A stretch of DNA of 64,000 nucleotides from Erysipelotrichales bacterium (GTDB taxonomy: Bacteria; Bacillota_I; Bacilli_A; RFN20; CAG-826), in the NCBI GenBank assembly GCA_022508535.1, contig JAFLUZ010000004.1, positions 18,130 to 82,129 on the forward strand, given 5' to 3'. A model generated the notes under the pieces. The model was given only the letters and a program-made list of their open reading frames with translations, was not told where the DNA came from and did not search any database. Each line of letters starts with the position of its first letter. The stretch's first letter is position 1. This document shows, in pieces, positions 31,388 to 40,008 of this stretch. The translations under genes were made by a program, and so were the position numbers.

Positions 31388-31851
31388 TGAATGTTGCTCA
31401 AAAAATTATTGCCAAAAACTCTAAGGCATCGTTTAACTATTTCTTAAGTGATTTTTTAGAGTGTGGTCTTTCTCTTGTGGGAACAGAAATTAAAGCATTA
31501 AGAGTGCATGGTGCTTCATTAAATGATTCATACGTTATTATTAGAAATAATGAAGCTTTTATAGTTAATATGCATATTGCCCCTTATGATAAAGGTAATA
31601 TTTTTAATCATGATCCATTAAGAACAAGAAAATTATTATTACATAAAAAAGAAATTCTCAAATTGGGTCAAAAAGTTAAAGAAAAGCAATTTACAATTAT
31701 TCCAACAAAAGTTTATCTTGTACGTGGTAAGGCGAAGTTAGAAATAGCCTTAGGTAAAGGTAAAAAACTTTACGATAAGAGAGACACAGAAAAAGCGCGC
31801 GATGACAAGCGTAAAATTGATAAAGCAATAAAGTCTTATAACAACAAGTAA
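31387..31851 (+). CDS. smpB: SsrA-binding protein
   Basis: 154 aa. ...NSKASFNYFL...GTEIKALR...LLLHKKEI...IIPTKVY... and a basic C-terminal tail. Confidence 0.9.
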   Translation: MNVAQKIIAKNSKASFNYFLSDFLECGLSLVGTEIKALRVHGASLNDSYVIIRNNEAFIVNMHIAPYDKGNIFNHDPLRTRKLLLHKKEILKLGQKVKEKQFTIIPTKVYLVRGKAKLEIALGKGKKLYDKRDTEKARDDKRKIDKAIKSYNNK

Positions 31852-31855
31852 CAAA

Positions 31856-31896
31856 GCTGTAGAGCTATACAAATAGCATCTACAGCCTTTTTATTT
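31856..31896. terminator. bidirectional rho-independent terminator between the convergent smpB and folT-like genes
   Basis: GCTGTAGA-(15 nt)-TCTACAGC followed by CTTTTTATTT. The complement also gives a T-rich tail. Confidence 0.6.
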
Positions 31897-33061
31897 AAAT
31901 TTCTTGATTTGGTTTTGTAATTATTTGAGATTTATCTAAATATCTAAATCTTACTAAAATAGGTGATACTGACCTAATAAATATATAAAGTAATAATGAT
32001 TGAGGAATTAAGAATATTAAGTTCTTTGGTAATTCATAATAAACCATATAGACCATAGTAGTGTGCACGTCATAACTCATAGTAATTGCCCACAAAATTG
32101 ATCCAAATATGACGTTTAATATGATATTTACAATCAAACGTGCAAAAAAACAATTTGCAAATGATATCTTCTTTTTATATAGACATAGACCATATGTTAA
32201 TCCTGCAAAGGCTGCAATTAGTGTATATCCAAAATTAAATGCTCCTTCAGTTGGAAAAATAACAAATCCTAGTATGTCTGACATAATACCTATTATAAAG
32301 CCTGGTGCAGGTCCAAAAATCATACTAATAAGTGCAAAGAATAAATACACAAGGGAAATTTTTAAATTGGCAAATCCTGTGGGAATAGAGAAGGCTTTAC
32401 ATACAATCATTAATGCGAAAAGAAGTGCGATAGTAGATATGTTTTTAATAGATTTAAATGAATTAAGTGATTCCTTCCAGTAGGTAAGAGAAAATGACGA
32501 AATAGAAGAAGAATTAGCTTCAATACTAGCTTCATATAAACGATTGGTGTTTATAAATAAATATATTAAATAGACTAATGAACCAACACCTAAAGCAATA
32601 AAACTAGTAGGCAATAATCCAATATTATTAGTTTGTATAATTGTATCTTCATAGTTAAATGTGGCATTTTCATCAAGATTTAGCACCAATTCTTTTAAAA
32701 ATGCTTCAGCACGTGTTTTTACTTTTTGGCTTTTACTTGAAAAGAAATCAGCGTAATATCTACTCTTAGTTATAATATGATAATTATTATTTATAGTTTC
32801 TAAGTAAATATCGTTATTGTTTAACATTTTCTCTATTTCGATTGCTTCAAAATTCTTATTTGTTTTTTGGGCTACTGAAAGTAATTCTAAGGTTATATTC
32901 TTATTTTCAAGTTGTATATCACTTTTAAATGAAATATCGTAGTCAGCTTTGAAGTGATTATATACTTCACTACTAAATGAACCAATCGCAAATGAAAAAA
33001 GCATTATGAAGAATAGACTAAACTTTTTTTTCCAAACTAATTTAAAAAAATTCTTAAACAT
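31895..33061 (-). CDS. folT: ECF transporter S-component of the folate family (FolT-like), with an extra N-terminal domain of about 190 aa (TM, an extracytoplasmic segment of about 115 aa, TM)
   Basis: The C-terminal 190 aa (IALLFALMIVCKAFSIP...FGPAPGFIIGIMSDILGFVIFPTEGAFNFGYTLIAAFAGL...) has the 6-TM ECF S-component layout. The THF riboswitch in its leader supports a folate specificity. RBS GGAGG. Confidence 0.6.
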   Translation of the reverse strand: MFKNFFKLVWKKKFSLFFIMLFSFAIGSFSSEVYNHFKADYDISFKSDIQLENKNITLELLSVAQKTNKNFEAIEIEKMLNNNDIYLETINNNYHIITKSRYYADFFSSKSQKVKTRAEAFLKELVLNLDENATFNYEDTIIQTNNIGLLPTSFIALGVGSLVYLIYLFINTNRLYEASIEANSSSISSFSLTYWKESLNSFKSIKNISTIALLFALMIVCKAFSIPTGFANLKISLVYLFFALISMIFGPAPGFIIGIMSDILGFVIFPTEGAFNFGYTLIAAFAGLTYGLCLYKKKISFANCFFARLIVNIILNVIFGSILWAITMSYDVHTTMVYMVYYELPKNLIFLIPQSLLLYIFIRSVSPILVRFRYLDKSQIITKPNQEI

Positions 33062-33120
33062 AAAAAGACCTCCGTAAACAAAGGCCCGCTTAAAATATTA
33101 CATCTTAAAAGATAAACTTA

Positions 33121-33210
33121 ACAGCGGACGCACTAGAAAACCGCCACAAAAGTGTTCGTCTATATCCAACTTCCCATGATATAGCACTTAACGCTTTCTA
33201 GTTACTCTGT
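33121..33210 (-). ncRNA. THF (tetrahydrofolate) riboswitch aptamer in the 5' leader of the folT-like gene
   Basis: The minus-strand read ACAGAGUAACUAGAAAGCGUUAAGUGCUAUAUCAUGGGAAGUUGGAUAUAGACGAACACUUUUGUGGCGGUUUUCUAGUGCGUCCGCUGU contains the THF-class conserved blocks AGAGUA, GCGUUAAGUG, GGGA, CGAAC and UCCGCU. A P1 stem ACAG/CUGU closes the aptamer. A -10 TATAAT lies 9 nt upstream on the minus strand, and the RBS GGAGG sits about 60 nt downstream. Confidence 0.75.
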
Positions 33211-33261
33211 ATTCTAATTATATAATGAAACTTATTCATAACAAAGAAAATATTTAACAAT

Positions 33262-33300
33262 TAAAAAAGGAATACCAATGTTACTTGGTATTCCATATTT
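33262..33300 (-). terminator. rho-independent terminator of the 932-aa surface-protein gene
   Basis: Minus-strand GGAATACCAAGTAACATTGGTATTCC followed by TTTTTTAATTG. Confidence 0.6.
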
Positions 33301-33317
33301 TGATTTATTTAGTTAAA

Positions 33318-36116
33318 TTATTTAACTAATTTGTTTTTTCTTCTTAAGAGAACGTATCCAACGAATGTTCCAGCGATTAATGCCATAACAATTGCGATTG
33401 TGCCAGCGTTATCTTTAACAGCTGTTAATAATAATCCGCTTGCTGGTTGATCAGCACTTGGAGTTACATCCATTCCTAAGAATGATCTTAAGTATTCAAC
33501 AGAATTTTTAATTGTATTTCCTTCATAATCTAATGAAGCATCAACAATTGCTTTGACTTCTGGACTTAATGCATCATATTTTGCAATCATTGCTTTGAGT
33601 TCACTTGCTTCACCATTTAATTGATCACAAATGCTTCCTTCATCATTTCTTAATGCTAACCATTCTTGTACGAATGCATCTGCTTCAACTTGTGGATCTA
33701 CTTCTACAATGATTTCAAATGGACCTACTAAAGCATAGTCTGAATCAAGATAATGTTCACCATCACCAAGAGTTTTGACATATACATCATAAGTTCCTGC
33801 TGCGTAGTCATCATTTGGATTTAAATATCCACCATTAGTAATATCGTGTTCGTATTTGACTTTCTCGCCTTGACGATATTGAACATGATAGCCACTTGCA
33901 TTAGTGACATCAGCAAATGCTAATATTTTACGACCATCCCCAGTTGTATTAATAACAAGTCCCACTGGAGCATTTAATTTAACTGGTTCAACTGGTTTAT
34001 CAGGATCAGGTTCAGTGACATCATTAACATAAGTTCCTTTTGCTACTAAAACGTCATTTTCAAACCATTCAAAGACATATTCTTTTTCTTTGTAGTCACT
34101 ATCAGTAATATAAGCATTGAATTCATGATCATTTAAGTATTCAAACATTAATGGTTGTTTACCATTAATCTTTGTATTTTGTGCTGTTTTTCCTTCTAAA
34201 GTAACATCTGAACGATCAATTGAATAAGAGAAACGTCCATAGTGATCATTATATTTGTTTGTTAATTCTAATGTTACATTTGCAACTTCGACTTCTTCAC
34301 TAGGTGTAGTGTGTTCTGTTAATTGTGAACCAGTTGGCATTTCAGGAGTTTTGTTTCCATAGTTTATTAGTTTACCATAACATACTACTGTGTCACCAAC
34401 TGCAACTTGATCTTCGGCTGTGAATTTTTCGCCACCAAGATAATAAATTCTATATAATCTTAATACATCTACACCATCAGCAGTATCTGCAATATCCATT
34501 GTGGCGTTACCAAATGATGGGGAGATTTCGACAATATTTGTAACGATACCTTTTACATAATAACTTTCTGTTGTGTTTGCATTACCAGCATCTACACATA
34601 CTTTGATAGCGTCTTCAACTGTTAATGGATCATCTTCAGTTCCTGCGTGTTCTAACATTAGGGCTTCTTTGACTTGAATAGAAGGAGTAGAAACTGAGTA
34701 GTCAGTACCATTAACATTAATTTTAGCAGTTGCAACAAATGTACCTGCTGCTAAAGCTGTTACCTTGCCATCTACATCTATTGAAGCGACAGAAGTATTA
34801 TTAACAGACCATTCAACTGTAGCGCCTTCAGCATTTCTTGTTTTAGTTTCTAAATCAAGAGTTTCACCAACGCGCATAACACTTGGGATGGTTGTTTCAA
34901 TAGAAATTGATGGTTTATCCTTTTCAACTGCCTTTTCCCAAACAACAGTAATGCTATCTAGATATAGAGCACCATTAGTAGAAGTCATACCAAAGTGTGC
35001 ATATTGTCCTTTTGGTACATATGTTGTACCAGAAGATTTTGCAATTGATCCTTCTTCGGCTTTGGCAACATCTTTATTATATAAATCATTAGGTGATGCG
35101 AAAGCAGAGTCGGAGAAATAGATTTTTACTGATCTAGCATCTGAAGTATTAGAATTCCATGCAACTCTAATTTCTTTAATTGTGCCACCAGATACTACTG
35201 AAACAACACCAGCATAATCACTGGAATTAGCAGCAGTAGTACTTCTTAATTGGATAGAAGAGTATTGACCTGCTGAATATCCTTTATATGTAGCACCCGA
35301 GTTGAAATTACCTGTTGTATCCCAACCCTTATAAGTATTAGCAGTTGAGTTAATTGTGTTAGCATTATTTAACACATCTTCAATCGCATCTGTTTCAGGA
35401 GCTTCAATGACATTTACGGTAAATGTATCATACAATGATTCTTTTTCATCATAATAAGCTGTTGCCACAACGTCATCTTTGACCACAGAAGTATCTACAT
35501 TGACATGATGAGCTTTGGCAGTACCAGTTGTACTATCATCATATGTAAGTGTCAATTCAACATCATCACCAGAAATGCTTCCACCTTGATATACTGTGTC
35601 TGGATGTGAAGCAATAGCTACAGATGAAACTGTCTTTTCAGGATCAGGTGCAGTAGATGTATTATAATACACTGTTAAATTATCCCATCTTGCTTGAGCA
35701 GTAGGGGTAAATGTAATGGTTGTTGCACTGCCACTAAAATCTAATGTAACAACTTTACCGCTGGTACTTACCGTCGGTGCAACTGACCAAAATGCTGTGT
35801 TAGCTGTGTTTGTAACATAATTTCCTGTTTGATTTGCTGTTACAACCAATTTTGTTATGCTTGTAGCCGGCGAATCTACACTAATTGTAAAAGTTGAATT
35901 TGCATAAATTCTTAATGGTGTGTAAGTGTTATATTCTGACATTGAAACTGTTACAGGTCCATCTGTCATTGCTGCACTCATACCACTTGAAAAATTAAAT
36001 TGAACATTTTCTTCGGCTTTTACACTTTTTGAGACTTTTTCACCAACAAGCCCTATTCCCATCATTAAAGCAAAAGAAGCAAATAATAAAGGGACTTTTT
36101 TGTTAAACTTTTTCAT
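33318..36116 (-). CDS. large surface protein (932 aa): signal peptide, N-terminal domain X, Big_2 domains, and a C-terminal hydrophobic anchor. It is a paralog of the protein at 36807..38396.
   Basis: MKKFNKKVPLLFASFALMMGIGLVG is a signal peptide. Residues 40-150 are more than 60% identical to the paralog. Big_2-like segment ...EWSVNNTSVASIDVDGKVTALAAGTFVATAK. The C-terminus ...GTIAIVMALIAGTFVGYVLLRRKNKLVK is an anchor. RBS AGGAAAGGA. Confidence 0.7.
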   Translation of the reverse strand: MKKFNKKVPLLFASFALMMGIGLVGEKVSKSVKAEENVQFNFSSGMSAAMTDGPVTVSMSEYNTYTPLRIYANSTFTISVDSPATSITKLVVTANQTGNYVTNTANTAFWSVAPTVSTSGKVVTLDFSGSATTITFTPTAQARWDNLTVYYNTSTAPDPEKTVSSVAIASHPDTVYQGGSISGDDVELTLTYDDSTTGTAKAHHVNVDTSVVKDDVVATAYYDEKESLYDTFTVNVIEAPETDAIEDVLNNANTINSTANTYKGWDTTGNFNSGATYKGYSAGQYSSIQLRSTTAANSSDYAGVVSVVSGGTIKEIRVAWNSNTSDARSVKIYFSDSAFASPNDLYNKDVAKAEEGSIAKSSGTTYVPKGQYAHFGMTSTNGALYLDSITVVWEKAVEKDKPSISIETTIPSVMRVGETLDLETKTRNAEGATVEWSVNNTSVASIDVDGKVTALAAGTFVATAKINVNGTDYSVSTPSIQVKEALMLEHAGTEDDPLTVEDAIKVCVDAGNANTTESYYVKGIVTNIVEISPSFGNATMDIADTADGVDVLRLYRIYYLGGEKFTAEDQVAVGDTVVCYGKLINYGNKTPEMPTGSQLTEHTTPSEEVEVANVTLELTNKYNDHYGRFSYSIDRSDVTLEGKTAQNTKINGKQPLMFEYLNDHEFNAYITDSDYKEKEYVFEWFENDVLVAKGTYVNDVTEPDPDKPVEPVKLNAPVGLVINTTGDGRKILAFADVTNASGYHVQYRQGEKVKYEHDITNGGYLNPNDDYAAGTYDVYVKTLGDGEHYLDSDYALVGPFEIIVEVDPQVEADAFVQEWLALRNDEGSICDQLNGEASELKAMIAKYDALSPEVKAIVDASLDYEGNTIKNSVEYLRSFLGMDVTPSADQPASGLLLTAVKDNAGTIAIVMALIAGTFVGYVLLRRKNKLVK

Positions 36117-36180
36117 TTTTTTAATTCCTTTCCTAAAGTTTAAGTTGAATATTTACATTATCTTATCTATAAAGCCCGAA

Positions 36181-36192
36181 TGATAATTGAGA
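36181..36192. repeat. left arm of a perfect 12-bp inverted repeat (TGATAATTGAGA) bracketing the intergenic region between the divergent surface-protein paralogs
   Basis: 36181-36192 is TGATAATTGAGA and 36723-36734 is TCTCAATTATCA, its exact reverse complement. Both arms share a further partial match (AAGC-N6) on the outer side. The arm lies 65 nt from the start of the 33318..36116 gene. Confidence 0.7.
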
Positions 36193-36722
36193 TACATCTA
36201 ACAAACTTATTGTTTGCTTGCATTATTTCTTATGCACAAGCCAAATATAGATATGACAACTTCATATGCATCTTAAATATACCACATACGCGCGTGCACT
36301 CGCAAGGCGATTTTGATTTTATTTTGAAAACATCGGCAAAATGCGTATGTTTTTGTCAAAAAAAGAGTTTTAATATTTTGTGAATTATAAATTAAATATT
36401 TTTTTTGAGAATGTAAGCCTTTATTTAAATCTGGTACGTTTTATGATTTTTAGCGCAAAGGTTTTATCAAATTTTAATAATCAATTAACTTTTACATAGA
36501 TAAATTATAAAAAGTAAAAATGTTTGTATAATCCCATTGTATCGCATAATATGCCTGTTTGAAAAATTAATATAACCGCTTACAATTATATATTTATATA
36601 TAATGTTCTTGCATAAGTAAAATATTATGGTATTATTTAATTGTAATTATATTTAGTTGCTTCCTTTTGGCTGTTAGCGTTTCATTCGCTTATATCTTAG
36701 ACGATAATTAGGGTATAGTTGG

Positions 36723-36734
36723 TCTCAATTATCA
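36723..36734. repeat. right arm of the 12-bp inverted repeat
   Basis: It is the reverse complement of 36181-36192 and lies 73 nt upstream of the ATG at 36807. Confidence 0.7.
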
Positions 36735-36806
36735 ACATAGCTTAGGTAAAGTGATTAGATGAATACAAAAAAAATTATTTTGAAAAATGAAAGGGAAAAC
36801 AAAAAA

Positions 36807-38396
36807 ATGAAAAAAATTAACAAAAAACTTCCAATCTTATTTGCTTCATTAGCTATGGCAATGGGCGTAGGATTAGTCGGAAGTAAAGACGCTGTTGGTG
36901 TAAATGCTGAAGAGAGTGTTAAATTTAGTTTCTCAAGCGGTATGAGTGCAGCGATGACAGATGGACCTATAACAGTTTCAATGTCAGCCTATAATAATTA
37001 TACACCTTTAAGAATTTATGCTAATAATACTTTTACAATTGCTACAGATTCACCAACTACAAAAATAACAAAATTGGTTGCAACCGCAAATAGCACTGGC
37101 GCTTACGTTACTAATACAGCTACTACATCATTTTGGTCAGCTGCATCTCAAGTAAGCACAAGTGGCAAAGTTGTTACATTAGAGTTTAGTAGCAGTGAAA
37201 CAACGGTTACTTTTACCCCTACTGCTCAAACAAGATGGGATGATTTAACAGTTTATTACAATACGTATAATGATCCTACAAAGACAGTTAAAGAAGTAAC
37301 AGGTGTTGAATCAGCTCCAACCGAAATTTTTGTTGGAGATTCAATTGAAGGACAAGATGTTGAATTACAAGTTTTATACGATGATGGTGAAACAGGTGTT
37401 GAATTAGCACATCACGTTAATGTTGATTCAAGTGTTGTTGCAAATGGTGTAACAGCAACTGCTTATTACGATGAAGAAGGAACAATGAGTGCAACATTTA
37501 CAGTTGACGTTCTCGAATTGCCTAATACAGTAGCATTATTTGAGTCTTCAGATGTTGTTACTGCTGATAGCTATGGTAAATATGAAAATGCTGACTGGAT
37601 TCTAACGCATGGTGGATATAGCAAATCTGGTGGTACTAACGACAAGAATGCTGCTAATTGTAGAGCAGACAGTAAGTATATTGGTGATTCAGGAGTTTCT
37701 AGTAGTGTATTATCATTTGCTATTGCTAGTGTTAATAAATTAGATAATGTAGGTAAATTAGTATTTACATATACTGCTGGTAACACTTATAGCAATGCAA
37801 AAATGTATTTGACAAGTTCAGATGATGGTGTTAATTATTCAATGGTTACATTAACAAACGGAAAGCAAGGAATGTCTGTTGGCGCTGTTAATACAGATTA
37901 CATTTTTGAATTTGATAAAATTGAATCTGCTTATTATGCAATTGTTATTGCATCAAGTGCAACAAGTGGTACATTTAGATTAGATTTCATTGTAGCTGAA
38001 TTCTTTGCTGCACCAGAAAAAGTTAATCTTGTAGAACAATTTATTAACGATTGGAAAGAAATGAGAGCAAGTGGTACAAAGGGCATTTGTGACTACGACC
38101 TCAATGGAGAAAATGCACTTACAGATCTCTTAAAACGCTTTGAAGACTTTGGTGAAGAAGACAAAGGATTAATTCGTGAAGCTATTGATGTCGATGATGT
38201 AACAATTGGACAAACAATGGATTATATTAATACCGTGTTAAAGGCCGAGTCTGTTGCTTCTGAAGCTGGTAATTTAGGTTCATTCATCTTTAGTGCGAGT
38301 GACAATACAACTTCATTAGTTGCATTATTCGCAATCTTAGGATTAGTTGCAGTATCTGCATACTACTTCATTGAAAAAAGAAAATTAGCTAAATAA
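36807..38396 (+). CDS. surface protein paralog (530 aa): signal peptide, domain X, domain Y, and a C-terminal anchor
   Basis: The start is taken at the second Met, MKKINKKLPILFASLAMAMGVGLVG, which aligns with the paralog N-terminus and follows the RBS AAAGGGAAAA. Domain Y spans about 265-415 (…DNVGKLVFTYTAGNTYSN…YIFEFDKIESAYYAIVIAS…). The C-terminus SLVALFAILGLVAVSAYYFIEKRKLAK is an anchor. Confidence 0.7.
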   Translation: MKKINKKLPILFASLAMAMGVGLVGSKDAVGVNAEESVKFSFSSGMSAAMTDGPITVSMSAYNNYTPLRIYANNTFTIATDSPTTKITKLVATANSTGAYVTNTATTSFWSAASQVSTSGKVVTLEFSSSETTVTFTPTAQTRWDDLTVYYNTYNDPTKTVKEVTGVESAPTEIFVGDSIEGQDVELQVLYDDGETGVELAHHVNVDSSVVANGVTATAYYDEEGTMSATFTVDVLELPNTVALFESSDVVTADSYGKYENADWILTHGGYSKSGGTNDKNAANCRADSKYIGDSGVSSSVLSFAIASVNKLDNVGKLVFTYTAGNTYSNAKMYLTSSDDGVNYSMVTLTNGKQGMSVGAVNTDYIFEFDKIESAYYAIVIASSATSGTFRLDFIVAEFFAAPEKVNLVEQFINDWKEMRASGTKGICDYDLNGENALTDLLKRFEDFGEEDKGLIREAIDVDDVTIGQTMDYINTVLKAESVASEAGNLGSFIFSASDNTTSLVALFAILGLVAVSAYYFIEKRKLAK

Positions 38397-38550
38397 TTAA
38401 ACAATTAAAATAATTACAAAGGCGAATTTACAAACGTAAATTCGTCTTTTTGTATAGTGTTATTTGACAGTCAATCTGAGTCTATTATGCTTTGTTTTTT
38501 GTTGTTTATTATATATAATAAAAGTGGTATGAAATTCATGGAGGTTTGTT

Positions 38551-39996
38551 ATGAAAAAAGGAACTTTTTTAGCAATATGTACTTTAGTTTTTGGTTTGAC
38601 TATAAATAGTTACATTAGTAAATATCACACCAAAAAAACAGAAAAGAACCTTGAGATTGAATTAATTGACGAAAATAATAATGTAAATGATACAAGTATT
38701 AATAAAATAAATAAGGCTATTGATGTAACTATTACTATGCGCACAATAGCAGATTTTTTAGAAACAAAAAAAGAACATTATCCTTTGTCTGATGAATTTA
38801 TAGAAAGATATCAACAGGCAAGTGGCGGATACATTGATAATGCTAAAAAAGCAGGCCTTTTAGTTGATAGAGAAATGCATGAACCAAATCAAAAATGGCA
38901 TTTTTTTGACTCGTGGTTATATCCAAGTATTGATGATGGATCATTAACTTGGGATGAAGATGCAAAATCAAGAGTATATACAAAACTTTTATGTCCTGAG
39001 TTATTACTTTGGATTTATGAAGCTTGTGAAGTTGATCCAGTTAAAGTTAGAAATGCAAAAATAGTTGCAGAACAAGGAAGAGCTGCAAATACTAATGTTT
39101 CTACAATTGCTAAAAATATGAGAGCATGTGTTCCTTGGGAAGATCTCCAAAATACAATTGCTAATTCAGATAAAGAAATTAAGAAAGCAACAAGTGTTAC
39201 TCTAAATCCAAGTTCACTAGAATTAACTGTTGGAGGACAAGATGCAAAAATTGTTGCAATGACAGAGCCGATTGATACAACTGATAGAGCATCTTGGAGT
39301 GTTATTGAAGGCGAAAATTGTATTAAAATTACTCCTAGTGCTAATGAAGTAACAGTTCATGCTCTTAAAGAGGGAACAGCTAAAATAAAAGTAACATATA
39401 ACGAAAATGTTAGTGCAGAATGCTTAGTCACTATTAAAGCATCTAGTACTTCAGATACTTCACAAGCACAAGCTAAATACAATATTAAATATGACTTAGG
39501 TTCTAGAACAACTTCTAAACTTATTAATTCTACTGAAGAATTATTTGATACGTTTGAATTCGATATTGGTGAAGATATAATTACATCTATAAGTCAAATG
39601 GAATATATCTATGGTGGTGGATATGGTGGATCAGGAGATACAAAATGGTATGCTGGTAACATGTTAAAATTTGGCACAACTAGTGTAAATGGAAGTTTAA
39701 CTTTTGCTCTTAATACTGAAATAAATCGTGTAAAAATTACAGGTTATGTCAGTGATGGTGCTAGCAAAATTAGAGTTGGAGATAGCGATTCTTCAGATTG
39801 GACAGATGAAACTAATGATAATAAAACAACATTAGTTACTTGTACGGAAATGAATGAAACAGCAAAAGATGTAGTAGAAAGTAATCAAACATCTACAATT
39901 ACAATTGATTTTGTGAATACTAAGAGTTTAAAAATTGCCACAACTAATAAAAAACCACTATACATTACATCTATTGAATTTATTTGTGTGAAATAA
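38551..39996 (+). CDS. secreted protein with a Big_2 domain and a C-terminal domain X
   Basis: N-terminal signal or anchor helix. Big_2-like segment ...VTLNPSSLELTVGGQDAKIVAMTEP...GTAKIKVTYNENVSAECLVTIKA. The C-terminal ~100 aa (...NGSLTFALNTEINRVKITGYVSDG...TSTITIDFVNTKSLKIATTNKKPLYITSIEFI) resembles the domain-X region of the divergent paralogs and the C-terminus of the 61120 protein. Confidence 0.6.
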   Translation: MKKGTFLAICTLVFGLTINSYISKYHTKKTEKNLEIELIDENNNVNDTSINKINKAIDVTITMRTIADFLETKKEHYPLSDEFIERYQQASGGYIDNAKKAGLLVDREMHEPNQKWHFFDSWLYPSIDDGSLTWDEDAKSRVYTKLLCPELLLWIYEACEVDPVKVRNAKIVAEQGRAANTNVSTIAKNMRACVPWEDLQNTIANSDKEIKKATSVTLNPSSLELTVGGQDAKIVAMTEPIDTTDRASWSVIEGENCIKITPSANEVTVHALKEGTAKIKVTYNENVSAECLVTIKASSTSDTSQAQAKYNIKYDLGSRTTSKLINSTEELFDTFEFDIGEDIITSISQMEYIYGGGYGGSGDTKWYAGNMLKFGTTSVNGSLTFALNTEINRVKITGYVSDGASKIRVGDSDSSDWTDETNDNKTTLVTCTEMNETAKDVVESNQTSTITIDFVNTKSLKIATTNKKPLYITSIEFICVK

Positions 39997-40008
39997 TTGG
40001 AGGTATTT

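Noticed and set aside
32109-32483. 124-aa plus-strand ORF inside the folT-like gene
   Set aside because: It is antisense to a gene supported by a riboswitch, an RBS and TM topology, and it has no RBS of its own.
36180-36383. 67-aa ORF inside the divergent intergenic region
   Set aside because: It has no RBS, is Cys-rich, has a low-complexity composition, and lies inside the putative invertible promoter segment. It is more likely non-coding.
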